Shown in pieces: positions 1-11,580 of a stretch of DNA of 64,000 nt. The translations under genes were made by a program, and so were the position numbers. The notes under the pieces were generated by a model that saw only the letters and a program-made list of their open reading frames with translations, was not told where the DNA came from and ran no database searches. This DNA comes from Malacoraja senta. Lineage: Eukaryota. Location: contig CM075991.1 in NCBI GenBank assembly GCA_038087875.1, forward strand, positions 9,364,001 through 9,428,000, in the 5' to 3' direction. How positions within the stretch are numbered: position 1 is the first letter of the stretch; the number at the start of each line of letters is the position of its first letter.

Positions 1-2
1 CT

Positions 3-1601
3 AGCGTAGTGGCCCAGGATGGCAATGCTGGCCCATCCGGGGTGGTACATCATGCCTCGGTGGCGCGGGCTGGCACTGCTGACCTGGCTAGGGCGGCTAG
101 CTCCACCTCGGGGATCCGGGGCGGAAGTGATAGGCCATCTGGGTCTGAAAGTTCTGCCTTGGGGACCCGGGGCGGGGAAGGCCTCAGGCCCCTGCGTCCT
201 GAGACTGTGGAGGTGGTGGTGGCTAATGGTGAGGGGGAGGGAGAGGGTGGAGAGGGGGAGGATGAAGACGGGGAGGGGAAGTGGGAGGTGAAGAAGGGGA
301 GGAAGAAGAGGGGAAAGGGCCATCCGGAGAGTAAAAATATGCGTGTTAGTTCTAGTGAGGTCCAGAGTGTGCTTGATGTGGCCCAGCAAGGCGATGAGAT
401 CGCTCAGACGGGGGAAGGGTTGGTAAAGGGTGCGGGGGGTATAGTGGATGGGGGTAGGGAGGGGGTGGAAGACCCTTCCTTTATGGAGGTCACCGTACTG
501 CCGCATGCTAGTGGGGTGAAAAGGAATAGGCCTGGCGAGGAAGAGGAAGGGCGTGAGGCGAAAATTAGGGCAGGTGAGGGGGTTGATTCCGCTGGAGATG
601 TGTCCTCTGGGCGGGGGGCTGTCTCTTCATTTCAGGGGCCCTCCGATGGAGTTATCTCATCGGGTGGTGAGGTGAGCTCCCCTGGGGGTGTGTCCTCTGG
701 GTCAGAGGATGTCCCCTCGTTTCAGAGGCCTCTTGAGGGTGATGGAACGCCAGAGGATGGGGTATGTGCCCCTGGTAGGGGGGCCCCTGAGATGGAGGAT
801 GAGCAGAGTCAGCCTGAGGGGGGTGGTTCGGGGGCTGTGGTGTTCCAGTCTATGCTGCACATCAGTGCCAGTGGTGGTAATGGGGGGTGTGCTGCATCGC
901 CGGATGAGGTGGAAGGGGAGAGGCTAAAAGTAAGAGGCGAGCCTCTGGGTATTGCTAGTGGTGGGGATGCTATAGGTGGTGTGGAGGTCGGGGATAGTTT
1001 GGGTGGTGATGTCCCTTTAGTTTCAAGGGGTGTCAGTGTATCCCAGGCCCTGGGGGAGCCTAGTGTTTTTGCTTCCCCAGGCCAAGGCGTGGAGGGTGAG
1101 GGTAGCGTGCAGGGGCCAAGCCAGTCAGGGGGATGCTTGTTGCAGTTGGGGGTTTCGGGGCCCTTACCTGGCATTGATCCTGGGGGTGGTGTCTTGCTGG
1201 AGGAGCGGGAGGGTGAACTGGAAAGTTTGGGTAGTGGGGGTGGAGAGCTTTTGGAGAGCTCTGGGCGTTCAGTTACAGAAAGAGACCTTGAACGTTGTGA
1301 TGTGGAGTCTGATGGTGCAGGTGCAAGTGCGTTGGCCGAGTGCCCAGACTCCAAGGCCGAGGCTCTTGATTGTGAGATAAAGGTGGTTCGAGAGTTTCTC
1401 AGAACAAACCGCTCCGCAAGAACAAGAGTGGATGCTGCTAGTAGGCGGTGGAAGGATCTGCCAGGATTGATTCCGATTCTCGAGGATATTCTTGGCAGCA
1501 GGGAGAGTGCTCTTACTGACGTAGAGGTGGGGCAGTTTGGGGACTTTTTGGGGTTACTCAGAGAGAAATTTGTTGTGTCTATGGGGACTGAGGGGGTTTA
1601 A
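3..1601 (+). CDS. ORF1 of the Tx1-like element, C-terminal part (5'-partial, open to the window edge)
   Basis: Stop-free frame from base 3 to TAA 1599-1601, directly upstream of ORF2. Gly/Glu/Ser-rich low-complexity sequence with a basic cluster (KKGRKKRGKG) and a helical-looking C-terminus. Confidence 0.8.
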   Translation, partial: SVVAQDGNAGPSGVVHHASVARAGTADLARAASSTSGIRGGSDRPSGSESSALGTRGGEGLRPLRPETVEVVVANGEGEGEGGEGEDEDGEGKWEVKKGRKKRGKGHPESKNMRVSSSEVQSVLDVAQQGDEIAQTGEGLVKGAGGIVDGGREGVEDPSFMEVTVLPHASGVKRNRPGEEEEGREAKIRAGEGVDSAGDVSSGRGAVSSFQGPSDGVISSGGEVSSPGGVSSGSEDVPSFQRPLEGDGTPEDGVCAPGRGAPEMEDEQSQPEGGGSGAVVFQSMLHISASGGNGGCAASPDEVEGERLKVRGEPLGIASGGDAIGGVEVGDSLGGDVPLVSRGVSVSQALGEPSVFASPGQGVEGEGSVQGPSQSGGCLLQLGVSGPLPGIDPGGGVLLEEREGELESLGSGGGELLESSGRSVTERDLERCDVESDGAGASALAECPDSKAEALDCEIKVVREFLRTNRSARTRVDAASRRWKDLPGLIPILEDILGSRESALTDVEVGQFGDFLGLLREKFVVSMGTEGV

Positions 1602-4600
1602 TAAAGTGGGCCTTTACATTCACCGTCGCAACATTAAACTTAAACGGGAGTAGATCGAGTTTTCGTAGATTTCAGCTTTTATCAGGCCTTAAAGAGGGGA
1701 GATTTGCAGTGTGTTTTCTGCAGGAGACGCACACAGTTGTTAGTGATGAACCTACCTGGAGACTGGAGTGGGAAGGGGGGGTTTACATGAGCCATCTCAG
1801 CTCAAATTCGAGTGGGGTGGCCTTTCTGTTGGCCCAGAATTTCCTGCCAACGATTTTAAAAGTGAATGAAGTTGTGCCTGGACGTTTGCTCCATCTGGCA
1901 GTGAGCTTGGATGGCATGCCGTTGCATTTCATTAACGTGTATGCCCCTAGCTCCAGCACGATGCAGGCTGGCCTAATTCAGGAGGTGACTGCTCTGTTGA
2001 GCACTATTGATAGGGGAGAGTGTGTTTTCCTTGGTGGGGACTTTAATTGCACACTTGAGGCGGGAGATCGTTCTGGTACTCAGTGTGCCCCTGCTGTAGC
2101 GAAGAAGTTGAGGGGGATGATTGAATCCTTTGAGTTGGTTGATGCATGGCGGAACCTCCATCCGGATTCCAATGCTTTTTCGCGGAGGTATGAGGGTGGT
2201 GGTTCCCGTATTGACAGAATATATATTTCCCGAGCGTTTGTTGGCCGTGTCGCAGAGGCTTCAATGCGGGTGGTGCCATGCTCGGATCACTGTCTGGTGC
2301 GTGTGGACTTTAATCCGGCGCGCGCTAGGGCTGGGTCCGCGTACTGGCACTTTAACAACCGGTTGCTGGAGGATCGGTGTTTCCGGGAGTCATTCAGTCG
2401 GTTTTGGGGGAAGTGGAGAGAGGGGCGGAGGTGCTTCTCTTCCCTTAGGCAGTGGTGGGATGTGGGGAAGGCTCACATTCGTCTATTTTGTAAGGAGTAT
2501 ACGTGGGGGTCGACAGGACGGAGGGACTCAGCGGTCGCGAGGCTTGAGAGGGAGCTACAGGGTGCAGAGTCTCGCCTGGGTCGGGATGGTGAGGACTCCT
2601 GTGAATGGGGAGAGTTTCAGGAGAAGAAGGAAGCCTTGAGGAATCTGCTGCTTGAGCGGTCCCGAGGCGCTTTCGTGAGGGCGCGGGTACAGATGATGCA
2701 AGATCTGGACCGAGCGTCACCTTTCTTTTTCTCTTTGGAGAAAGGGAGGGGAGCCTGCAAGCAGCTCGTAGAGCTGCTCGCAGATGATGGATCCTCAGTC
2801 ACTGATCCGGAGAGGATCAGTGAGGAGGTCAGGTCATTTTATGGGTCCCTGTTCTCCGCAGGGGGGTATAACGGGGAGGCTCAGAAGGAATTGTGGGAGG
2901 GTCTACCGACTATTGATAGGGAGGTGGCCGATCTTCTTGATGGCCCCTTATCTTTGGAGGAGTTGACTTGTGCATTGTTTCAGCTCAGGAAGGGTAAGTC
3001 ACCCGGGATGGATGGGTTGACGGTGGAGTTTGTCAGAGCTTTCTGGGAGATCCTGGGGGGTGATTACATGTTGGTGCTGGGGGAGAGTCTGGCGGCCGGG
3101 GCGATGCCCCTCTCGTGGCGTAGGGCAGTTGTTGTCTTGCTGCCTAAGAAGGGTGAACTCCGCTTGTTGAAGAACTGGAGGCCGGTATCTCTCCTATGTA
3201 CAGAATATAAAGTATTTGCACGGGCAATGGCAAATCGCCTGGGCCCTGTGCTGTCTCAAATGATTCATCCTGACCAGTCCTATACAGTCCCTGGCAGGTC
3301 CATTCAAGATAACATCCACCTGGTTAGGGACCTGATTCATCTAGTTCAGGGTACTGGTCAGTCAGCTGCTTTTCTGTCTCTTGATCAAGAGAAGGCTTTT
3401 GATAGGGTAGAGCATGATTACCTATTCGGGACGTTGCAAGCGTTTGGATTTGGACCGCATTTTGTGGCCCGGGTCCGGCTTCTGTACGCTGCAGCGGAGT
3501 GCCTGGTGAAGGTTAATGGTGCGTTGTTGGCTCCCTTTCAGTTTGGGAGGGGGGTCCGTCAGGGGTGCCCCATGTCGGGTCAGTTGTACTCGGTCTGTGT
3601 GGAGCCGTTCCTGTGTCTTCTTCGGAGGAGGTTGACAGGTCTGGCCCTACCTGGGCCGGGGTTGGAGGTGGTTCTTTCAGCGTATGCAGATGATGTACTT
3701 CTTATGTTCACTGATCCTGGTGACCTGCGGAGGATGCGTGACTGCCAGGAGATTTTCTCAGCTGCATCTTCTGCAAGGATTAACTGGAGTAAGTGTTCTG
3801 GTCTTTTAGTGGGTCAGTGGCAGGTGGATTCCCTGCCGGAGGAGATGGCAAGGTATGTGTGGAGCACAACCCATCTCCTCTATCTGGGGGTTTACCTGAG
3901 TCCCACTGAGGATGCTTGGCCGGCGAATTGGCTGGAGTTGGAGACGAAGGTGGTTGCCCGGCTGGGTCGCTGGTCGGGCTTGCTTGGAGTTCTTTCTTTC
4001 CGGGGGAGGGTGCTGGTCATAAATCAGCTGGTGGCCTCCATGTTATGGTACCGGCTGGCTACTCTTGTCCCACCTTCCATATTTGTAAATGCTCTTCAGA
4101 AGAAGCTGGTAGATTTCTTCTGGGGAAATAGGAAGCACTGGGTCTCTGCAGCGGTCCTGAGTCTCCCGTTAGAGGAGGGCGGTCAGTCCTTGGTATGCGT
4201 GCGTACCCAGGTGGCGGCTCTCCGTCTCAGGACTCTGCGGAGGTATATGTATGAAGAGAATCCCCCCAGATGGCACGCTCTGGCCACGTATTTTTTTCGT
4301 CGTGGTCGTTGCCTAGGGGGGGTCTCGCGGCTCCCGGTGGCGGGCATCAGTAGACCCGCCCTAAGGGGTTTGCCTGTTTTCTATCGGGATGTGATCAGAG
4401 TGAGGAATTTGGTTGTTTTCAGCCAGCGTGTTGTTCCACGAGGGGAGGGGGATGGTGCGGATGCGGGAGTGGCCGGTCCTCGCCCAGTCATGGCGGGTGT
4501 CGAGGAGAGGCGAGCGCCTAGAGTGGTTCTGGCTGAGCTTTCAATTGCTCCGTCAGATCTGCTCATCGGGCCAAGGCTCCGGGATATTTCTCGGGAACCG

Positions 4601-5314
4601 GCTCCACACAACCTGAGCCGCCTTTCTGAGATGATCAGCATACCGTTTCGTGATGCGAAGAGACGCACATTGTATAGGATGTTCCTGCACATTCTGCACC
4701 TCCTTGCCTTTGTTTCCCGTCCTGACACACCTTGGCGGACGGTGTTACCACCTGATGGTGGGGGGGGTCCCTGGTGGGGGTCCTTCTATGAGGGAGTTGT
4801 TCCCCTTTACATTGGGGACCTGGGGTGGAGACTGTTGCATGGAGCGGTGGTTTGCAATAAACTTTTGAGTCGGTTCACGGGTTCGTCTGCCGCGTGTATT
4901 TTCTGTGGCAAGGAAGAAACCGTGTTCCACGTATACATGGAGTGTGAGAGGTTACTGCCCCTGTATCAATATCTGAAGGGGTTGTTCCTTAAGTTCTGGT
5001 TGCATTTTAGTCCCACGATTCTAGTGTGTGGGCATAAGGTAGGGTGTGGGGAGAGCCAAGTGGGGGGTTGGGACCTCCCTGTCGGTTTGCTCCTGGGCCT
5101 GGTTAAGATGGCCATTCGTGGGTCCAGGCAGCGGGCGGTCGATGGTGAGGCGAGAGTTGGCTGCCTGCCCCTCTTCCGGGCGTACGTCCGTGCACGGGTG
5201 TCCCTGGAGCGGGAATATGCGGTGTCCACGGGGACTCTGGAGGCCTTCCGTGGGCGATGGTCACCACGTGGGGTGGAGAGTATAATAAATCATGAATGTA
5301 ATGTTGTACGATAA
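1592..5314 (+). CDS. ORF2 polyprotein: APE endonuclease, reverse transcriptase, CCHC zinc knuckle
   Basis: The frame is open from 1592 (after TGA 1589-1591) and includes the APE N-terminal motif VATLNLNG upstream of the tracked GTG start at 1709. APE motifs: LQETH, GGDFN, SRIDRIY, SDH. RT motifs: PGMDGL, NWRPVSLL, LDQEKAFDRV, GVRQGCPMS, YADD, YLGVYL. Zinc knuckle: CIFC-x7-H-x4-C. Confidence 0.95.
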   Translation, partial: GGLIKWAFTFTVATLNLNGSRSSFRRFQLLSGLKEGRFAVCFLQETHTVVSDEPTWRLEWEGGVYMSHLSSNSSGVAFLLAQNFLPTILKVNEVVPGRLLHLAVSLDGMPLHFINVYAPSSSTMQAGLIQEVTALLSTIDRGECVFLGGDFNCTLEAGDRSGTQCAPAVAKKLRGMIESFELVDAWRNLHPDSNAFSRRYEGGGSRIDRIYISRAFVGRVAEASMRVVPCSDHCLVRVDFNPARARAGSAYWHFNNRLLEDRCFRESFSRFWGKWREGRRCFSSLRQWWDVGKAHIRLFCKEYTWGSTGRRDSAVARLERELQGAESRLGRDGEDSCEWGEFQEKKEALRNLLLERSRGAFVRARVQMMQDLDRASPFFFSLEKGRGACKQLVELLADDGSSVTDPERISEEVRSFYGSLFSAGGYNGEAQKELWEGLPTIDREVADLLDGPLSLEELTCALFQLRKGKSPGMDGLTVEFVRAFWEILGGDYMLVLGESLAAGAMPLSWRRAVVVLLPKKGELRLLKNWRPVSLLCTEYKVFARAMANRLGPVLSQMIHPDQSYTVPGRSIQDNIHLVRDLIHLVQGTGQSAAFLSLDQEKAFDRVEHDYLFGTLQAFGFGPHFVARVRLLYAAAECLVKVNGALLAPFQFGRGVRQGCPMSGQLYSVCVEPFLCLLRRRLTGLALPGPGLEVVLSAYADDVLLMFTDPGDLRRMRDCQEIFSAASSARINWSKCSGLLVGQWQVDSLPEEMARYVWSTTHLLYLGVYLSPTEDAWPANWLELETKVVARLGRWSGLLGVLSFRGRVLVINQLVASMLWYRLATLVPPSIFVNALQKKLVDFFWGNRKHWVSAAVLSLPLEEGGQSLVCVRTQVAALRLRTLRRYMYEENPPRWHALATYFFRRGRCLGGVSRLPVAGISRPALRGLPVFYRDVIRVRNLVVFSQRVVPRGEGDGADAGVAGPRPVMAGVEERRAPRVVLAELSIAPSDLLIGPRLRDISREPAPHNLSRLSEMISIPFRDAKRRTLYRMFLHILHLLAFVSRPDTPWRTVLPPDGGGGPWWGSFYEGVVPLYIGDLGWRLLHGAVVCNKLLSRFTGSSAACIFCGKEETVFHVYMECERLLPLYQYLKGLFLKFWLHFSPTILVCGHKVGCGESQVGGWDLPVGLLLGLVKMAIRGSRQRAVDGEARVGCLPLFRAYVRARVSLEREYAVSTGTLEAFRGRWSPRGVESIINHECNVVR

Positions 5315-5391
5315 TGATGTGGTTTGATATAATGTATCTTTGATTATGTATTGATGTGATGTATCATTGAGTGTGTTGAATAAAGTTTTTG

Positions 5392-5423
<32 letters not shown>

Positions 5424-5440
5424 GGGAGAGAGAGAGAGAG

Positions 5441-5522
<82 letters not shown>

Positions 5523-5780
5523 TGCAAGAGAGAATTCCAGAGAGAGAGACTGACAAAGTGAGAGAGAGAGAATGTTCGAGAGAGATAGAGGAGAGAGAAA
5601 GAGAGCAAAGAGAATTTCAGAGAGAGAGAGAGAGAGTCTGAGAGAGGCAGTGAGAGAGAGAGGAAGGGAGAATGACAGAAAGGGAGAGAGTGACAGGGAG
5701 AGAGTGAGGGAGAGAGAAAGAGACAGAGAGAGCGAGAGACGGGGAGAGGGAGAGATGAACTGACAAGAGGGAAAGACACG
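5424..5780. repeat. (GA)n/(GAAA)n microsatellite and degenerate purine-rich tract
   Basis: Direct reading: gagagaga..., about 20 GAAA units to about 5522, then degenerate GA repeats. Confidence 0.95.
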
Positions 5781-6850
5781 GAGGGAGAGGGATTTAAACT
5801 CGGAGGGGGCGGGGGTTTGGGAGTGGGGGGGGGGGATAAATATGCCAAGAAGCAAAAAAACAACAGTTACGAATTTACAACTGTGTCATCGTCCAGTCCT
5901 TGCAATTTGGCCTTAGAACCTAAAACCATGTTTAATATTCATAGATAATTTAAGAAAGTGCCTTGAAATGAGTTTCAATGGCAAGGTGATGTATTAACAT
6001 GCTAATGTTTTGAAAGAATGTTTACATAGATAGCTAAACTTTAAAATAATAACTTTTTGTATTTTGTATTTTTTTTTTTTTTTAAAGGGAGAGGGAGAGG
6101 GTGAGAGAGGTGAAGAGTGGGAGAGAGGGAAGGAAAGGGTGGGAGATGGATCAGAAATGTCACCCAAAGTGTGTTTTAGATGAGTTAAATTGCCACAGTG
6201 CATTGAGCATGAACTGTTTGCACGTTTGAGTGAACACTTTGACCAGCTGCTCTCATGTTTAAAGGCCATTCAAGTTTATTTAGTCATCAGAATCTTCCAG
6301 CGATTAGCATCTTGAAACTGCCTCCAGCTACCAGCTACCTTTATGAAGTCTATCTTTGAACAACAATCCATAATCATGTCAGCGACCCCACTGATTTATG
6401 CCAGAAACTATTAACTAAATCAAAGATTCAAGGCAACACATGCATACAGTACACAAGACTAAAAGGACTCTTACTTCAACTCTGCTCAACAAATAGAAAC
6501 ATGAATTGTATTATTTGTGAGCGCTCTCTATACTTGTGATATTCTGCATTCTTCTCAAAGCTTTCAATTATCACTTGGTGGAAACCATTGTTTTCCTATT
6601 TATTCTGTGCGTTGGAAGAGACATAAGTAAAATGACATAAATAATAAGTCCTTTGTCTCTTTGAGTTTCCACCCCCTGTTTATCTACATCATGGCTCAGT
6701 TTTTATCCCAGTGACATTTTAGTGCCGTACACTACCAACCTGGGGAAACCCGTGCAGTTTCAGGAAGAACAAGCAAACTCCATACAGACAGCACCTGCAG
6801 TCAGGATCAAACCCGGGTCTCTGGCGCTGTGAGGCAGTAACTCTACCGCT

Positions 6851-7370
6851 ATAGAAACATAGAAACATAGAAACATAGAAAAATAGGTGCAGGAGTAGGC
6901 CATTCGGCCCTTCGAGCCTGCACCGCCATTCAATATGATCATGGCTGATCATCCAACTCAGTATCCTGTACCTGCTTTCTCTCCATACCCCCTGATCCCT
7001 TTAGCCACAAGGGCCACATCTAACTCCCTCTTAAATATAGCCAATGAACTGGCCTCAACTACCTTCTGTGGCAGAGAATTCCACAGATTCACCACTCTCT
7101 GTGTAAAAAATGTTTTTCTCATCTCGGTCCTAAAAGATTTCCCCTTTATCCTTAAACTGTGACCCCTTGTTCTGGACTTCCCCAACATTGGGAACAATAT
7201 TCCTGCATCTAGCCTGTCCAACCCCTTAAGAATTGTGTAAGTTTCTATAAGATCCCCCCTCAATCTTCTAAATTCTAGCGAGTACAAGCCGAGTCTATCC
7301 AGTCTTTCTTCATATGAAAGTCCTGACATCCCAGGAATCAGTCTGGTGAACCTTCTCTGTACTCCCTTCT
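6851..7370 (-). mobile_element. CR1-clade LINE (HER1-like) 3' fragment, inserted in the head of a SINE
   Basis: Translation SYEERLDRLGLYSLEFRRLRGDLIETY...TRGHSLRI...WNSLPQKVVEA is the CR1 RT C-terminus; (TTTCTATG)n tail. SINE sequence at 6735-6850 resumes at about 7383-7398. Confidence 0.9.
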
Positions 7371-7659
7371 CTGTACTCCCTCAACGCCATCGTGCCACAC
7401 ACTACTTTACCTTGGACACTTGTAGAGGCTCGGACATTGTTTCATTCAAAGCAAAAGCGATAGACTTCTGATCATTGGTGTCATTGGATGGGTGAACCAG
7501 TGAACCGAGCCACTGCCTTGCCATTCCAGAGTCGTGGGTTCAATTCTGATCACCGGTGCTGTCTATAAGGAGTTTACTTGTTCTTCCTGCAACTGCATGG
7601 GTTTCCCCTGGTTGCTCCAGTTTCCTTCCACATCCCAAAGACATACGTATTGGTAGACT

Positions 7660-7967
7660 TCAGACTTCAGAGATACCGCGTGAAAACAGGCCCTTCGGCC
7701 CACCGAATCCGTGCTGACCAGTGATCACACTAGCGCTATCCTACACACAAGGGACAATTTACAATTTGACTAATTATCTTAGAAGCTAATTAACCTACAA
7801 ACCTGTATGTCTTGAGAGTGGGGGAGGAAAGCAGAGCACCTGGGGAAAGCCCACACGGTCACAGGGAGAACGTGCAAACTCCGTACAGACAGCACACGTA
7901 GTCGGGATCAAACCCGGGTCTCTGGCACTGTGAGGCAGCAACCCTACCGCTGTGCCACCGTGCTGCC
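7660..7967 (-). mobile_element. HE1-like tRNA-derived V-SINE
   Basis: tRNA-like head with A/B boxes, central TGTACGGAGTTTGCACGTTCTCCC core, CR1-type tail GGGCCGAAGGGCCTGTTT. Confidence 0.85.
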
Positions 7968-10251
7968 TTTTATAGACAATAGACAATGGACAATAGGTGC
8001 AGGAGTAGGCCATTCGGCCCTTCGAGCCAGCACCGCCATTCAATGTGATTATGGCCGACCTTTCTTAGAAGGTTCACATTTGCTAGCCTCCCATCCAGAG
8101 GAACAGCTCCAGAATCAACAGAAAACCTTGGAAAATGATAAGTCGACCTTGCTCTATCTTTAAAGCTTCCTCTACCGAAACTCGGGCATGTAAATCAATG
8201 GGTCCTTGGGATTTAGCATCTTTCTAGTTCACCAACTTCTCCAATGCTATTTTTTGACTAATACCAAATTCCTTCAGTTCTGCATTCTCACTGGACCCAT
8301 GATTCTTTAATAAATCTTGAAAGTTTTGTGTGCCTTCTGTGAATTCAGACTGTAATTGTTTAATTCCTCTGCCATTTCCTTATTCCTCATCGTTAATTCT
8401 TCTGGCACTACCCGTAAGGGGCCCATTACTGTATTTTCTTCTTTATGGCTGTAAAAGTCCATCTTTATCTTTCCCAGCTGGTCACCCCTCATCGCCTCGT
8501 TGGGGTTCCTTACTGCTATTCATAACCCTGATGACCTGCTGTGCTTGACTATCTAACAAGACATTGCTGCCAGTTCTTTAACACACAATTGCTCAGCTTA
8601 TTCTCAAATGAGCTGCTTTATGAGCATTGAATTCTCCCAATGTGGCCAACTAACCAACAATCCTCCCCAACCCCAACCCCAACCCCAACCTTCTCCCCAT
8701 ATCTTCCTTAAGCCCCATCTGGAAGCACATCCATTTCTCCCATTATCAAGCTTCCCGCCCCGCCCCCCCCCCCCAATCCAACACTGTCTCCTTCCCTCAT
8801 CCCCCATCTACCTCTATCCCATCCTCTGGTTTCACATCTCACACCTCTCTCTTTGAACAAAGGAGGTCTTGGCTTGGGGGGGCCACCGTGAGGGAGGGGG
8901 AGGGGAACTAGGGTGCACCTGGCACGGGATACTTTGTAACGTTGTCGGCGCCCTTTATGTGGCGCCTATTTGTATACCTTGGGTGTGGAAGCAGTGAATT
9001 TCACTGTGACTTGTCACATGCGACAATAAAGTATTGAATTCAATGACTCTAGATGCTGCCTGGTCCAGTGACAATAGCAACCATTCGCTTTGTCTTTACC
9101 CTACACCAGTAGAACTGCCTTATTTTAGCTAGGATGTCAAACTGAGGTTATCTTAGCTGGTACAAATGAGAGTTTAAATTCCCAGGGTATTGTGCAAAGA
9201 AAAGCAGATTATTTTCTTCCAATTCCTTCCATACCAATAACATTTACAGTTAAACAAATGGGGCAGCACAGTGGCATAGATTGGCTGCCTCACTATTTCA
9301 CCACTCCATGACTGTATGACATAATTGTTTTTCTACCGGCTTAGTGTGTAGATAACTTGTGGAATTTAATTCCATCTCTATCGTCAGTGGAGAAAATAAA
9401 TTAAATATTAAATATTAAAAGGAAATATTAGCTACTTGATAGCCAGTGGCACAGATCTCAGCAAAATTTTCTCGATAAGAATTTGGAACTTATGTCTTGA
9501 AAGATCAACGTTTCCAAAAAGAAACAGGTTGAAAATGTTTGTGTCCAATTGGGTCACAATAAATCAATATAAAAATCGATGAAAGCTTACCAATTTCTCA
9601 TAGAAGGTACCGTTATATCATATTCAGTGTGTGGCTGGGAAGTTTGATGCTAGAATGGAACGAGCTATTGTCATGTTGACCCCGTGAACAGCCATTTTGT
9701 AGTCAGAGAGACAGATAATGCCTCCTTTCTTCAATCGTTCAATGGATATTTCTTGTCACACGTGCAATTAAACATCAAATTGCAAACATTTCATATTGCA
9801 TATAATGCTGGCACCATTGGGGCAGGAGGCGCAGCGGTAGAGTTGTTGCCTTACAGCGCCGGAGACCCGGGTTCGATCCCGACTATGGGTGTTGTCTATA
9901 CAGGATCGATGTCAATGTTTATCTTTGATCTTATCGAATGGTGGTTCAGGCTTGGTACATGGCCAATCCTCCTTTGCATTCCAGGACGCCAGGCATTTTC
10001 TACCGTAAATTCAATTCTTCTGAGGTTTTACTCAAAGAGCATACTGGGTTTGAGCATTCTCTGATGACTCACATGCCATGTTTCACACACGCTTAAGACT
10101 TTAGTAACTGGAATGAATATTTATGCGCTGAATATTGAATGTCTCGAGAGTCAAGTTACAAAGTTTTATTTGAAATGCATGTTTCATGTTGAACCTTGAG
10201 TCATTTGATTGATGTTGACTACGTATAAAGCAGGCCAACATACTGGTGTTA

Positions 10252-10440
10252 GACACAAAATGCTGGTTTACACCGAAGATAGACAAACAAGGCTGGTGTG
10301 ACTCAGCGGGACAGGCAGCATCTCTGGAGACAAGGAATGGGTGACGTTTCGGGTCGCGTCTGAAGAAGGGTCTCGACCTGAAACATCACCCATTTTGTGT
10401 CTATCTTCGGTTTAAACCAGCATCTGCACTTCCTTCCTGC
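10252..10440. mobile_element. Penelope-derived inverted (palindromic) short insert with degenerate hammerhead motif
   Basis: Inverted arms around CTGAAGAAGGGTCTCGACCTGAAACATC at 10360-10387. Confidence 0.75.
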
Positions 10441-10699
10441 AACAGCTGTAACAGTGTAACAGCTAGTGCTGCCACAGAGCTTTAGGGACCTGGGTTCGAT
10501 CCTGACCTCGTCCAACATGTCCCACCAACACTAGTCTCACCTGCCTGCGTTTGGTCCATATCCCTCTAAACCTATCTAAACCTAAACATTATGTGTAAAC
10601 CAGCATCTGCAGTTCCTTGTATCCACAACTACCATTGGACTCCAAACTGAGTACAAGGATAGTACAAGAGGCCAGGTGCATTGCCATGTGAATGATCCC

Positions 10700-11075
10700 A
10701 GGAATGAGTGGGTTAACCTATGGTGAGCGTTTGACGGCACTGAGCTTGTATTCGCAAGACGAGGGGGCTCTCGTTCCGAATAGTGAAAGGACTGGATAGA
10801 CTGGATGTGGAGAGGATATTTGCACTAGTGGGAGAGTCTAGGACCAGAGGCCATGGGCTCAGAATAAAAGGACGTACCTTTAGAAAGGTGATGAGGTGGA
10901 ATTTCTTTAGTCAGAGGGTGGTGAATCTGTGGAATTCGTTGCCACAGATGGATATGGAGGCCAAGTCAATGGGTATTTGTAAGGTGCAGATTGGCAGATA
11001 CTTGATTAGTAAATGTGTCAGGGGTTATGGGGAGAAGGCAGGAGATTGTGGTTGAGGGGGAGAGATAGATCAGCT
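10700..11075 (+). mobile_element. CR1-clade LINE 3' fragment
   Basis: KGLDRLDVERIF...SRTRGHGLRIKG...NFFSQRVVNLWNSLP. Confidence 0.85.
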
Positions 11076-11082
11076 GACTTTG

Positions 11083-11580
11083 AAACATAGAAACATAGAA
11101 AATAGGTGCAGGAGTAGCCATTCGGCCCTTTAAGCCAGCACCACTATTCAATATAATCATGGCTGATCATCCAAAATCACTACCCCGTTCCTGTTTTCTC
11201 CCCATATCCCTTGATTCCGTTAGCCCTAAGAGCTATATCTAACTCTCTCTTGAAAACATCCAGTTTTCATGGTGGCACAGCGGTAGAGTTGCTGCCTTTA
11301 CAGCAAAATGCAGCGCCAGAGACCCGGGTACGTTCTCCCCGTGATCTGCGTGGGTTTTCTCCGAGATCTTCGGTTTCCTCCCACACTCCAAAGACGTACA
11401 GGTTTGTAGGTTAATTGGCTTGATTGTCCAAGTTGGCGAGATGCAGAGTACTGCCCTGCCGACTACAAAATTCAGAAGGTTCAGAAGGTTCCAGTGAATT
11501 GGCCTCCACTACCTTCTGTGGCAGAGAATTCCGCAGATTCACAACTCTCTGGGTGGAAAACTTGATGGGCTGAATGGCCT
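11083..11580 (-). mobile_element. CR1 3' fragment interrupted by a + strand SINE piece (about 11270-11425)
   Basis: (TTTCTATG)n tail at about 11085-11100. CR1 sequence breaks at tccagt (about 11259-11264) and resumes at tccagtgaattggcc (about 11490). Confidence 0.75.

Larger units (their letters stand above)
1..5423 (+). mobile_element. Tx1-group (L1 clade) non-LTR retrotransposon, near-intact, 5' end outside window
   Basis: Two long ORFs in tandem. ORF2 has APE endonuclease, RT and CCHC motifs. Short 3' UTR with AATAAA at 5379-5384 and poly(A) at 5398-5423. Signature segments (WHFNNRLL, QWWDVGK, RGRVLVINQLVASMLWY, LPLEEGG) are typical of Tx1-like ORF2. Confidence 0.93.

Noticed and set aside
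809..1354. 181-aa antisense ORF within Tx1 ORF1
   Set aside because: Pro/Ser-rich mirror of the G-rich sense strand with no recognisable motif.
5261..5863. Leu/Ser/Phe-rich minus-strand ORFs
   Set aside because: Antisense reading of poly(A) and GA/GAAA repeats.
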